This document shows positions 16,309 to 24,626 of a stretch of DNA of 39,969 nt, piece after piece. Both the position numbers and the translations under genes were made by a program. Every line of letters begins with the position of its first letter. Position 1 is the first letter of the stretch. Origin of the DNA: an uncultured bacterium. Lineage in GTDB: Bacteria > Armatimonadota > Zipacnadia > Zipacnadales > UBA5352. Where the stretch lies: positions 1 to 39,969 of the forward strand of contig CBFDBV010000002.1 of the NCBI GenBank assembly GCA_965603135.1, read 5' to 3'. The notes beneath the pieces are model-generated. The model did not search any database, was not told the DNA's origin, and was given only the letters and a program-made list of their open reading frames with translations.

Positions 16309-18147
16309 TCAGGGCGGGGCCCGAGGGTGGCCTCCGCCACGAACAGCCACCGCCCGGGTCGTTCGTCGTTTCCAGCTTGCCGCCTCCAGCCTCCAGCCTC
16401 CGCCGTGCGGGGCCTGGTAGACCGCATACCTGGCATTCTCGTAGAGCTTGGGCCAGGCCAACCTGTGCTGGGACCTCACTACCACGTAGCTGGCCCCGTA
16501 TTCGCGGCACAGCCAGGCCATCTTCTCCTCCTCGAAGCCCTGGAAGGCGGAATCACCGCAGAACCATCCGTGCGGCGTCACCTGCATATCCTGCATTCGC
16601 CGCCACCACTCGAAGAAGCTGCGCGGGTTGTACATATGCGGCGCGCCGTCCTTGTAATCGCCCACGATGGCCCTCTCCGAGAAGCAGCGGAAGCCCTGCA
16701 AGGCCGGGGGCGTCAGGAATACCGCGTCGCGCGGCGTGTGATCGCGGCACCAGAGCTGGATGTCTTCCCATGCGGGCGGCGCACCACCCCACCACGCAAG
16801 GCTGTCAGACAGCCTGTCCTTCACTCTCAGCCCGGCGGCGAGCATCAGAGCCCCCAGCAGCACGGCCATTGCCGCCTTCGCGCGACCGGCGGAGCACGTG
16901 CGTTGATCTCCCGCCCGTGGTGTGGGCACGAAATGGGCCGCGCCCAGCAGGAACACCACCCACAGTTGCGCGTTGACCCGCAAAGCCAGGAAGGCCGCCA
17001 GGGCCAGGATCCCGACCGCCACATCCCGGGGCCGGCCGCTGAAGCGCATCCCCTCGTGATGGGCGAAATACAGCAGGGCGACCAGGACCGCCAGCTTGCT
17101 CGAGCGAAACAGCGCGGCCAGTATGACCCGGCGCACGGGGACAACCTCGCTGAACACCGTCGCCGGGACCCAGAGCGCCAGGACCACGACTACGAAGACG
17201 ACGGCTATGCGATCGCGCTCAGTCCAGGGCCGCTTGAAGACCAGCGATCGTGCCCCCACCGCGAGCACCGCAGCAACTCCCGCCCAGCACCCGATCGGCC
17301 AGGTGCCCGGGAAGAGGTGCGGGCCTGAGCGCATCCGGGTCAGCTCCACCCATCTGCGCAGCTCGAACGCCGAAAGGGCCGAGAACTGCCAGGTGCTGAA
17401 GAAGTCCACCAACATAGGCAGCGCGCACACCAGGAAGACCGCCGGGCCTGCCCATGCCACGCGGCGGCGCTGGCCTCCGACTAGGATCCCGGCCAGCCAG
17501 ACCATCGCGCCCACCACCGCCGCGGAGATGGGATGCAGGTTCACCATCAGCCCCGCCAACGCCATCGCCCACAGCGGCTGCTTGCGGAGGGCCAGAAGCA
17601 GCGCGACCAGCAGCCCCGGGAACGCCAGACTGCGCAGCGTCACCTCCGGCCACGCCAACCTGAGGCCATCAGCGCCGGGGACATAGCGCGTTGGCACCGA
17701 CAGCGCGACCACCACCAGGCAGAACGCTGCGCTGGCCCGATCCCGGAAGAGGTTGATCGCCAGGGCGTAGACTGCGATGACAGTCAGGGCCGTGGCGAGC
17801 AGGTGCAGAACCAGGAAAAGCGGCTCGAGCGGCACGCCGCGCGCCAGCACCGCCAGCAGCCGCCAGAAGAGCGGGTGCTGACCCGGGATGGTCTCCAGGA
17901 GGAGGTCGCCACCGTAGAGCCCGGGGTCCAGGAAGTGCTTCAGGTAGGGCAGGTAGACCGACTGATCATTCGTGCCGAAATGATAGCCCGACACGACGAC
18001 GCTGAGCGCGGCCACCGCGAGGATCAGCGCCCAGTCTCGCCCCCTGGGCGGCAGGCCGGCGAAGAGGGTCTCCCACCAGCCTGTCGCGACAGGGGCTCCA
18101 GTAGGGCTCACAGAGCTATTCGCCTGGTTCGGGTCGTGTTGATTCAT
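16309..18147 (-). CDS. Polytopic membrane protein with a C-terminal soluble domain (putative glycosyltransferase-like). Its C-terminal tail runs into a repeat element.
   Basis: It has many hydrophobic helices. ATG 18147 overlaps the upstream stop (ATGA). The last ~35 aa (APHGGGWRLEAASWKRRTTRAVAVRGGGHPRAPP) are encoded by the 16358-16406 array and adjacent repeat DNA. Confidence 0.7.
   Translation of the reverse strand: MNQHDPNQANSSVSPTGAPVATGWWETLFAGLPPRGRDWALILAVAALSVVVSGYHFGTNDQSVYLPYLKHFLDPGLYGGDLLLETIPGQHPLFWRLLAVLARGVPLEPLFLVLHLLATALTVIAVYALAINLFRDRASAAFCLVVVALSVPTRYVPGADGLRLAWPEVTLRSLAFPGLLVALLLALRKQPLWAMALAGLMVNLHPISAAVVGAMVWLAGILVGGQRRRVAWAGPAVFLVCALPMLVDFFSTWQFSALSAFELRRWVELTRMRSGPHLFPGTWPIGCWAGVAAVLAVGARSLVFKRPWTERDRIAVVFVVVVLALWVPATVFSEVVPVRRVILAALFRSSKLAVLVALLYFAHHEGMRFSGRPRDVAVGILALAAFLALRVNAQLWVVFLLGAAHFVPTPRAGDQRTCSAGRAKAAMAVLLGALMLAAGLRVKDRLSDSLAWWGGAPPAWEDIQLWCRDHTPRDAVFLTPPALQGFRCFSERAIVGDYKDGAPHMYNPRSFFEWWRRMQDMQVTPHGWFCGDSAFQGFEEEKMAWLCREYGASYVVVRSQHRLAWPKLYENARYAVYQAPHGGGWRLEAASWKRRTTRAVAVRGGGHPRAPP
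16358..16406. repeat. Heptamer array GTCGTTCGT CGTTTCC AGCTTGC CGCCTCC AGCCTCC AGCCTCC GCCGT
   Basis: Its reverse complement shares GGAGGCT units and the terminal GGAAACGAC with 16124-16155. The two arms are about 210 nt apart. Confidence 0.8.
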
Positions 18148-20615
18148 AGCGCTTCATGCTCGGACACGTGGGATTGTCTCCGAGGCAGGAGAAGCATCCA
18201 GAAGCCCGCTATTATCAGCGCAGCACCAGTAACCGCTATTCCCGCGGCCAAGCCCTGAGGCCGATACGCGAGCTGCACCCGGTGGTTACCCTCCGGGACC
18301 GGAACCGCGCAGAAGGCGATGTTGCACCGCATGACCGGTGCAGGATCACCGTCAACCCTTGCGTGAACTCCCGGATACCAGGCTGAGGTAATCACAAGCA
18401 GACCCGCAGAAGCCATATCGCAGCGCACAGACATTCCCCCTGCGTCGGAATGGATCACGCGCGCAGCACCACGCTGCTCGGCTCCTGCCGACAATGGCAA
18501 GCTCGCCGGGACGTCCAAGAACGCCACGCCGAACAGGTCGGAGCGATGTTCCGACGGGGACCGGAGCATCGGAAGCAGGCGCTCGGCAGCCTCGGTCCTG
18601 AACACTGGCCACGCCATGCCGCGGTAAAGGCGATTGCGATACACCAGCACCTCGCCGGCGCCAGCGACGAGCTCCCAGCCGTCGGGCAAACTTCCGGCAG
18701 AGAGGTCTGTGACCAACCACTGCACACCAAGCAGGGCAGCGAACCGAGGGTCGGTCGTGGACGCCGCTTGCCGCAGTCGGTGGTAGCGAGCGAGTTCCAT
18801 GGGCATGTAACCGCCAGCGGCGCTCACGCCAAAGAGCATGTTAATGTTCGGGAACAGCAACTGGCGAGACTGCTCAAAGTCCGCTAACTGCGCCGCGGGA
18901 TCTGGCATGCGGGCGGACCACTGCCGGGTCACAGCCGGCTGAGGACGAGGCGGCACCAGAACCCTGCCACCGCACCGCACCAAGCTTGCGCTGGGAGGGG
19001 CGCGCCTGAGCAGGTCGGCGTCGCCGACTGGGTTGTAAGCATAGCCAAACCAGAAGCACTCCAAAACCACCACTGCGCAGGCCACACACGCGAGCCACCG
19101 GGGATTGAGGTGTCCGGCAAAGCGCATGCACACAGCACATACCCCTAGCGCCAGCAGACTGAGGTAGATAGCGGGGCTGCGGGCGATCTCCGAAGAACGC
19201 TCCGCCAGGACTCCAGGCAGTTTGGCGTAGTAGTAGCCCGCCGGCTTGTCTCGCCCAGGCCGGTCCAAGACGAAGCTATCTACCATCAACCGTGCGAGTC
19301 CTTCGGGAAGCCGTGCGCCCGTAGCGTACCATACCACCGGAGTCGCACAGATCGCGGCGAGAATCAGCGGGATTGCCACTGCGATCCAGCGGCGCCTCGG
19401 CATGAGCTCGTTGCGCTGCAATCGCGTGAGCACCAGGCCCCCTATCAGCGAGACAGCGGCGGACCAGACGAGCAGCCACCTGCACCAGCACCGAAAGCTC
19501 CCTAGCAGCGGCAGCCGCCAGAGAAAATGATAGACGGGGTTGTATCTGCTGAAGGCCATGACAAGAGCGAACAGCCCGAGCGCCCAAAGCCTCCAGTCCA
19601 TCGCCCGCACGCGACTTCTCAGCGTCCCGGAGATTGCCAGGGCCAGCAGCCCCGCACCGAGAAAGCCGCAGAACTCCCATCTGTGTGTCACAGGCACCTC
19701 AAAACCGATCAGCCCGAGCGCGGTGAGCGGGGAAAGCGAATGGCTAGTGACCAAGTCCCAGGACCTTTCGCTGCGCACGGACTCCCCTATCAGCGCAACC
19801 ATCCAGACGATCTGAACCGCCGCGAGGGCGACACCAAGCAGCACTGCTACGAAGCCCTGGGCTCCGGTCACAAGCCAGCTCAAATACGTGCGCTGCTTCT
19901 GCCGGGAAACTCCAAGCAGCAGCAAAAGGCCCCCCGAGACGAAGGTGAGAATCCACATCTGCGGGTGCCCAGCCAGAATCTGCCCCGCAGAACACCATAA
20001 CAGCAGGGCGAGCGGGCCCCGACGCGGGACGGTCGCGTAACTCAGCAGGGCATACCAGGCCCAGGGCAGCCACGCCGCCGAGCAGATGATGGTGTAATGC
20101 TGTAGGTGCGCGATCATGAAGCCGGACAGCGTGAAGACCAGGGCCGCTGCAAGGCTGCCCAGGGCGCTGCACTGAAGGCGGCGTGCAAGACAGAACATGC
20201 CCGTGGCCGCCACCGCGTAGTGCAGCCAGAGCAACCAGGCCAAAACAAGCGCCACAGGAACCGGTATCAGGAAGAGCAGATTCGGCGGATAAAGCGTGGC
20301 GGTCTGCACGTCAGCCCACAAGGGGTAACCGCATGACACCTGGTCGCACCACGGTGTCAGGCTCCCCTCAAGCAGCGCGCGACGCACGTAGCTGTGAACC
20401 GGCAGGAACCATCTCCAGATGTCACCCTCGTAGTAAGCCGACAGCCCAAGGAGGGCGCGGGAGTGCAACACCATCAGCGCTGCAAGAACCACTCCAACGG
20501 CCTTGAGATCGCCCCGCACAAGCGGCCGTTGACTCTCTGTCACTGCTCCGGTTCCTCCCTCCAGAGCTACGGTTCGCACGAGGTCAATGCATGTGATTCC
20601 TGGGCCGTACCCCAT
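18144..20615 (-). CDS. YfhO-family polytopic membrane protein (putative glycosyl/glycan transferase)
   Basis: 823 aa with more than 12 predicted helices. The N-terminal region ...SLTPWCDQVSCGYPLWADVQTATLYPPNLLFLIPVPVAL... is typical of YfhO-like proteins. The exact start is uncertain. Confidence 0.6.
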   Translation of the reverse strand: MGYGPGITCIDLVRTVALEGGTGAVTESQRPLVRGDLKAVGVVLAALMVLHSRALLGLSAYYEGDIWRWFLPVHSYVRRALLEGSLTPWCDQVSCGYPLWADVQTATLYPPNLLFLIPVPVALVLAWLLWLHYAVAATGMFCLARRLQCSALGSLAAALVFTLSGFMIAHLQHYTIICSAAWLPWAWYALLSYATVPRRGPLALLLWCSAGQILAGHPQMWILTFVSGGLLLLLGVSRQKQRTYLSWLVTGAQGFVAVLLGVALAAVQIVWMVALIGESVRSERSWDLVTSHSLSPLTALGLIGFEVPVTHRWEFCGFLGAGLLALAISGTLRSRVRAMDWRLWALGLFALVMAFSRYNPVYHFLWRLPLLGSFRCWCRWLLVWSAAVSLIGGLVLTRLQRNELMPRRRWIAVAIPLILAAICATPVVWYATGARLPEGLARLMVDSFVLDRPGRDKPAGYYYAKLPGVLAERSSEIARSPAIYLSLLALGVCAVCMRFAGHLNPRWLACVACAVVVLECFWFGYAYNPVGDADLLRRAPPSASLVRCGGRVLVPPRPQPAVTRQWSARMPDPAAQLADFEQSRQLLFPNINMLFGVSAAGGYMPMELARYHRLRQAASTTDPRFAALLGVQWLVTDLSAGSLPDGWELVAGAGEVLVYRNRLYRGMAWPVFRTEAAERLLPMLRSPSEHRSDLFGVAFLDVPASLPLSAGAEQRGAARVIHSDAGGMSVRCDMASAGLLVITSAWYPGVHARVDGDPAPVMRCNIAFCAVPVPEGNHRVQLAYRPQGLAAGIAVTGAALIIAGFWMLLLPRRQSHVSEHEAL

Positions 20616-20679
20616 ACCGCAGCCGCCAGTTTCGGGGGATTCGATTGTCCTCGTTCGGCCGCAGAAGCCACGTAGACCC

Positions 20680-21111
20680 TCAGCGCACGGTGGGGCCTGG
20701 GTGGTTGTTGGCGCGAATGGTCTCGCGCGTCATATCGTACCCGGCAGCCAGCGCTTCCCCTGAGAGTTGAAGGTCGGTCCTAACATAGACCCGCGTATTG
20801 TACGTGGGCGACGCGCATACGGTGAACAGGTACCGGTACTCGTTCTGGAATACCTCGGATGCCCAGAGCTCGCCGGTCGGGCCGGAGGGGGCTGGTATCT
20901 CCGCATCCGGCACGAGGCGAGGCGGGCCGTAGCGCAGGGAGATATACGTGTCATCAACCGTGTACTTGAACGTGCAGGCCGACAACACTCCCGCAAGCAC
21001 ACAGGCCAGCAGCACCAGGACCGTGGCGTGTCGCACGGTCCTGCCAGGCAGTCTGTAGAGGCCGACTGCGACGAGCGCCAGGACAGTCCCCGCGCTGACG
21101 AGCTGAAACAC
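20680..21111 (-). CDS. Small membrane/lipoprotein-like hypothetical protein
   Basis: GTG 21111 has GAGGTGA 7 nt upstream. There are two N-terminal hydrophobic segments and a possible lipobox LSAC. Codon usage fits the neighbouring genes. Confidence 0.5.
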   Translation of the reverse strand: MFQLVSAGTVLALVAVGLYRLPGRTVRHATVLVLLACVLAGVLSACTFKYTVDDTYISLRYGPPRLVPDAEIPAPSGPTGELWASEVFQNEYRYLFTVCASPTYNTRVYVRTDLQLSGEALAAGYDMTRETIRANNHPGPTVR

Positions 21112-21189
21112 AGCGGCATCACCTCGTGGGAGGACTTCTGCTGGGCCGCCACGGACAGCGGGAGTTTGACCCAGGTGGGCAGGTTGGTT

Positions 21190-23745
21190 ATGATACAGCC
21201 ATTCTCACTTCCACGGACATTCCGAGGGTCCTCCCTGACAGGATCGCACGGCGCCAGCGCAGAGGGCGGAGTGGGCCGACCGAGAACCGGCGAAGCCAAG
21301 GAGGCACTTGAGTTGCCATTGCCCAGAGAGCTTACTTCAGAGCAGTGTCGTTGGCGGTGCGACGCATCGCAGTTCGACTTCGGCACCACCCAGGAGCTGC
21401 CGGCCGAGATCGTGCCCATCGGCCAGCAGCGGGCGATGAACGCGCTCGACTTCGGGGCGGACATCCAGAGCGAGGGCTACAACATCTTCGCCCTCGGCCC
21501 GCCCGGCACCGGCAGGACCTCGCTGGTGCTGGAGATGCTCCAGCGCAAAGCTGACGAGATGCCGGCGCCCAGCGACTGCTGCTACGTCTACAACTTCGAC
21601 GATCCGCGCTGCCCGCGGGCGCTCGAGCTGCCCGCCGGGATGGGCGCCACGCTGCGCGATGACCTGCACGAGCTGATCGAGGACGTGGACCGCGAGATCA
21701 CACGCTCCTTCGATGGCGACGAGTACTCCGAGCGCCGCGACGAACTCCTCCGCGAGTTCCGCGAGGCACGCAACAAGGAGCTGCAAGCCTTCGAGCGGGA
21801 GGTCCAGGAGGCCGGCTTGGCGATCGGCCGCGGCCCTGCCGGCCTCATCGTGGCCCCGGCCAAGGACGGGGAGGTAATGAGCCCTCAGGAATACCAGCAG
21901 CTTCCTCAGGAGGAGCGCGAGGCCCTTGACCAGCGCCGCCAGGAGATGCAGGAGAAGCTCGACGAGATAATGAGGCGCGGCCAGCGCGCCGAGAAGCAGG
22001 CCCGCCAGAAGGTCGCCGAACTCGACCGCGAGGTGGCTCTCTACGCCATCGGCGGCCTCGTCAAGGACCTCCAGGAGAAGTACGCTGAGATCGAGCAGGT
22101 CGTCGAGCACCTCAATCAGGTGCGCGACGACATCATCGCGAACGTGGACGCCTTCCGCGAGGAAGCCGATGAGCCCGCGGCCGAGCAACTGGCCGTCCCG
22201 CAGCGCATGCTGGAGGGCCCCCATCGCCCTCACGACCGCTACCGCGTCAACGTCGTCTGGAGCCACAAGGAGGGCGAGGGCGCGCCGGTCGTCTTCGAGA
22301 CCAACCCCACCATCGAGAACCTGACCGGAGACGTGGAGCACGTGGCGTATATGGGCGCGCTGGTGACCGACTTCACCATGGTCAAGCCCGGGGCCCTGCA
22401 TCGCGCCAACGGCGGATATCTGGTGCTGGAGGCGCTGAGCGTGCTCACCAAGCCCTACGCGTGGGAGGCGCTCAAACGGGCCCTAAAGAGCGCTCAAGTG
22501 CGCCCCGAATCGATTCGCGAGCACCTGCGCCTGGTCTCCACGGTCACGCTCCAGCCCGAGCCGATCGCTCTGAACGTCAAGGTCGTGCTCATCGGCAGTC
22601 CGCTGCTCTACTATCTGCTGCACGAGCACGACGAGGACTTCCGCAAGCTCTTCAAGGTCAAGTCCGACTTCGGCGTGCAGATGGACCGCAGCGCCGAGAC
22701 CGTCGAGGAGTATGGCCGCTTCGTCGCCGCACGCTGCCACCAGGAAGGGCTGACCCATTTCACGCCCGATGGCGTGGCGGCGGTGGTCGAGTATGGGGCG
22801 CGGCTGGCCGAAGACCACGAGAAGCTCAGCACACGCTTCCTGGAGGTCGCCGACCTGGTGCGCGAGGCCGCCTTCTGGTGCTCGAAGGAGGGGGCCGACC
22901 TCGTCGGGACCGGGCACGTGCAGCGCGCGCTCAAGGAGAGCATCCAGCGCTCAAACCGGATCGAAGAGCGCCTGCTCGAGATGATCGAGGAGGGCACACT
23001 GCTCATTGACACCAAGGGAAAGGTGCTCGGGCAGGTGAACGGCATCTCGCTGCTGCCGCTGGGCGACTACGTGGTGGGCAAGCCCTCTCGCATCACCGCT
23101 CGCTCCTACCTGGGCAAGCCGGGCATCCTCAACGTGGAGCGCGAGGTCGAACTGTCCGGGCCCATCCACAGCAAGGGCACGATGATCCTGACCGGCTTTC
23201 TGGGCGAGCGGTTCGCGACCAGGGAGCCGATGAGCTGCTCCATCAGTCTCGCCTTCGAGCAGGTCTACGAGGAGGTCGAGGGCGACAGCGCGGCCTCCGC
23301 CGAGCTGTACGCGCTGCTCTCCAGCCTGTCGGGGATGCCACTGCGCCAGGACCTGGCGGTCACCGGCTCGGTCAACCAGCACGGCCAGATACAGGCCGTG
23401 GGGGGAGTCAATCGCAAGATCGAGGGCTTCTTTGCGACCTGCAAGCTGATGAGCCTGACGGGCGCCCAGGGCGTCATCATTCCCGCCGCGAATGTGCGCA
23501 ACCTTATGCTGCGTCAGGAGGTCGTGGAGGCGGTTGCTGCCGGGCGGTTCCACATTTATCCGGTTGAGACCATTGACGAGGGGATAGAGCTGCTGACCGG
23601 TGTTGCGGCCGGTCAGAGGGACGAGGAAGGGGAGTTCCCGGAGGGCACCGTCAACGCCGCCGTGGCCGCCAGGCTCGCAGAGGCCGCTGAAGCCCACAGA
23701 AAGCACCAGCCTGGAGGCGAGAGGCGAGAGGCGGGAAGCGGGTAA
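21190..23745 (+). CDS. LonC-like protease: AAA-like domain with a long coiled-coil insertion and degenerate Walker motifs, plus a C-terminal Lon Ser-Lys protease domain
   Basis: GPPGTGRTS has Arg (AGG 21514-16) where the Walker A Lys is expected. A ~250-aa charged helical insertion follows. The Walker B position reads GGYLVLEA. The protease domain has GDSAASAE (Ser) and GGVNRKIEGF (Lys). The start is set to the first ATG after the divergent gene, and the track start 20767 is rejected. Confidence 0.75.
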   Translation: MIQPFSLPRTFRGSSLTGSHGASAEGGVGRPRTGEAKEALELPLPRELTSEQCRWRCDASQFDFGTTQELPAEIVPIGQQRAMNALDFGADIQSEGYNIFALGPPGTGRTSLVLEMLQRKADEMPAPSDCCYVYNFDDPRCPRALELPAGMGATLRDDLHELIEDVDREITRSFDGDEYSERRDELLREFREARNKELQAFEREVQEAGLAIGRGPAGLIVAPAKDGEVMSPQEYQQLPQEEREALDQRRQEMQEKLDEIMRRGQRAEKQARQKVAELDREVALYAIGGLVKDLQEKYAEIEQVVEHLNQVRDDIIANVDAFREEADEPAAEQLAVPQRMLEGPHRPHDRYRVNVVWSHKEGEGAPVVFETNPTIENLTGDVEHVAYMGALVTDFTMVKPGALHRANGGYLVLEALSVLTKPYAWEALKRALKSAQVRPESIREHLRLVSTVTLQPEPIALNVKVVLIGSPLLYYLLHEHDEDFRKLFKVKSDFGVQMDRSAETVEEYGRFVAARCHQEGLTHFTPDGVAAVVEYGARLAEDHEKLSTRFLEVADLVREAAFWCSKEGADLVGTGHVQRALKESIQRSNRIEERLLEMIEEGTLLIDTKGKVLGQVNGISLLPLGDYVVGKPSRITARSYLGKPGILNVEREVELSGPIHSKGTMILTGFLGERFATREPMSCSISLAFEQVYEEVEGDSAASAELYALLSSLSGMPLRQDLAVTGSVNQHGQIQAVGGVNRKIEGFFATCKLMSLTGAQGVIIPAANVRNLMLRQEVVEAVAAGRFHIYPVETIDEGIELLTGVAAGQRDEEGEFPEGTVNAAVAARLAEAAEAHRKHQPGGERREAGSG

Positions 23746-23775
23746 CGCAAGACGGCATACGACGAACGGCGGAGG
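23711..23775. repeat. Heptamer array CTGGAGGCG AGAGGCG AGAGGCG GGAAGCG GG, followed by ...ACGACGAACGGCGGAGG
   Basis: It supplies the last residues (GGERREAGSG) and TAA stop of the Lon-like gene. Positions 23714-23742 match the reverse complement of 32040-32068 with a single mismatch. Confidence 0.8.
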
Positions 23776-23942
23776 AGATGCACCAAAAAAGGACAACGGC
23801 ACGTCCCGGGGGGAAGGGCGCGCCGTTGGCCCTGGCATCGGGTGACACTCAAGTCACCCGACAAGTGCCTCACCGCCACCACTCCTTCCATTGGTTATCA
23901 TACCCTCCAGGGACTTCCTCGAAACTCGGCCCCAAAACCCCC

Positions 23943-23971
23943 TTGCATTTCCCTGCCAGTTGCGCTATAAT
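23943..23971 (+). promoter_or_regulatory. Sigma-70-type promoter TTGCAT-17 nt-TATAAT for the rimP-nusA-infB operon
   Basis: TTGCAT 23943-48 and a perfect TATAAT 23966-71, 114 nt upstream of the rimP ATG. Confidence 0.5.
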
Positions 23972-24009
23972 ACGGACAGTTGTAGTCACATCTCAGGAGC
24001 GACTTTCCT

Positions 24010-24048
24010 GGGAGTGGGTGCTGTGCGGCCCACTCCCCGTTTGTTGTG
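24010..24048 (+). terminator. Leader hairpin (9-bp stem GGGAGTGGG/CCCACTCCC, 10-nt loop) followed by CGTTTGTTGTG. Candidate attenuator.
   Basis: Stem 24010-24018 / 24029-24037 with a U-rich tail at 24040-24048. It lies between the predicted promoter and rimP. Confidence 0.4.
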
Positions 24049-24084
24049 CGGACCTGGTCGCTCGTTGCGCCGGGTTGGGGCAAG

Positions 24085-24594
24085 ATGAGGATCAGCAAGC
24101 ATCCGGTGGTACGAAAGATCGAGGGCGACGTTGAGAAGACGCTCGCGGACTTCGGCTATGAGCTGGTTCAGATGAAATTCGGCGGCGGTGCGGGCGGACG
24201 GACGCTCACCGTCTTCATTGACCGCGCAGGTGGGGCTTCCAGCCTGACGCACCCGGCCGGCGTGACCGCCACCGATTGCCAGGAGATGAGCCGGCGGCTC
24301 TCGCTGCTGCTTGACATGCTCGACCCGATACCTGGCTCGTACACGCTGGTGGTCTCGTCGCCGGGCCTGGATCGGCCGCTGACGCGGGACGGCGACTTCG
24401 AGCGCTTCAAAGGCGAGCATGTGGCGGTGAGGCACCGGCCCTCGGGCGGAGCGCGCAAGACGGAGCGAGGGCTGCTGCGCGGCGTTGCCGACGAGCGGGT
24501 TCTGCTTGAGATCGAGGACGAGTGCCACGAGATACCTCTGGCAGAGGTGGAGGAGGCGCACCTCGTATACGATTGGGACGCCGAGAGCGGCTGA
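24085..24594 (+). CDS. rimP: Ribosome maturation factor RimP
   Basis: Sequence LVQMKFGGGAGGRTLTVFIDR...VSSPGLDRPL, and position upstream of nusA. Confidence 0.85.
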   Translation: MRISKHPVVRKIEGDVEKTLADFGYELVQMKFGGGAGGRTLTVFIDRAGGASSLTHPAGVTATDCQEMSRRLSLLLDMLDPIPGSYTLVVSSPGLDRPLTRDGDFERFKGEHVAVRHRPSGGARKTERGLLRGVADERVLLEIEDECHEIPLAEVEEAHLVYDWDAESG

Positions 24595-24626
24595 CGTCGC
24601 GGGCCATCCCCGGGGAGTTGAGCGAG

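Noticed and set aside
20767-21189. Track start of the Lon-like ORF at 20767
   Set aside because: It would overlap the whole divergent 20680..21111 gene, and the first 140 residues are low-complexity. The first ATG after that gene (21190) is used, although the exact start remains uncertain.
21190-23745. Lon-like protease as the BrxL component of a BREX defence system
   Set aside because: No PglX, PglZ, BrxA, BrxB or BrxC-like genes are nearby. The coiled-coil insertion and degenerate Walker motifs fit LonC-type proteases better.
23776-23940. Possible small RNA or small ORF in the 340-nt spacer between the Lon-like gene and rimP (includes hairpin GGGTGAC-ACTCAA-GTCACCC at 23840-23859)
   Set aside because: There are only short stems with no promoter/terminator pair or coding signal that I can support. 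The hairpin may simply be the Lon-like gene's terminator.
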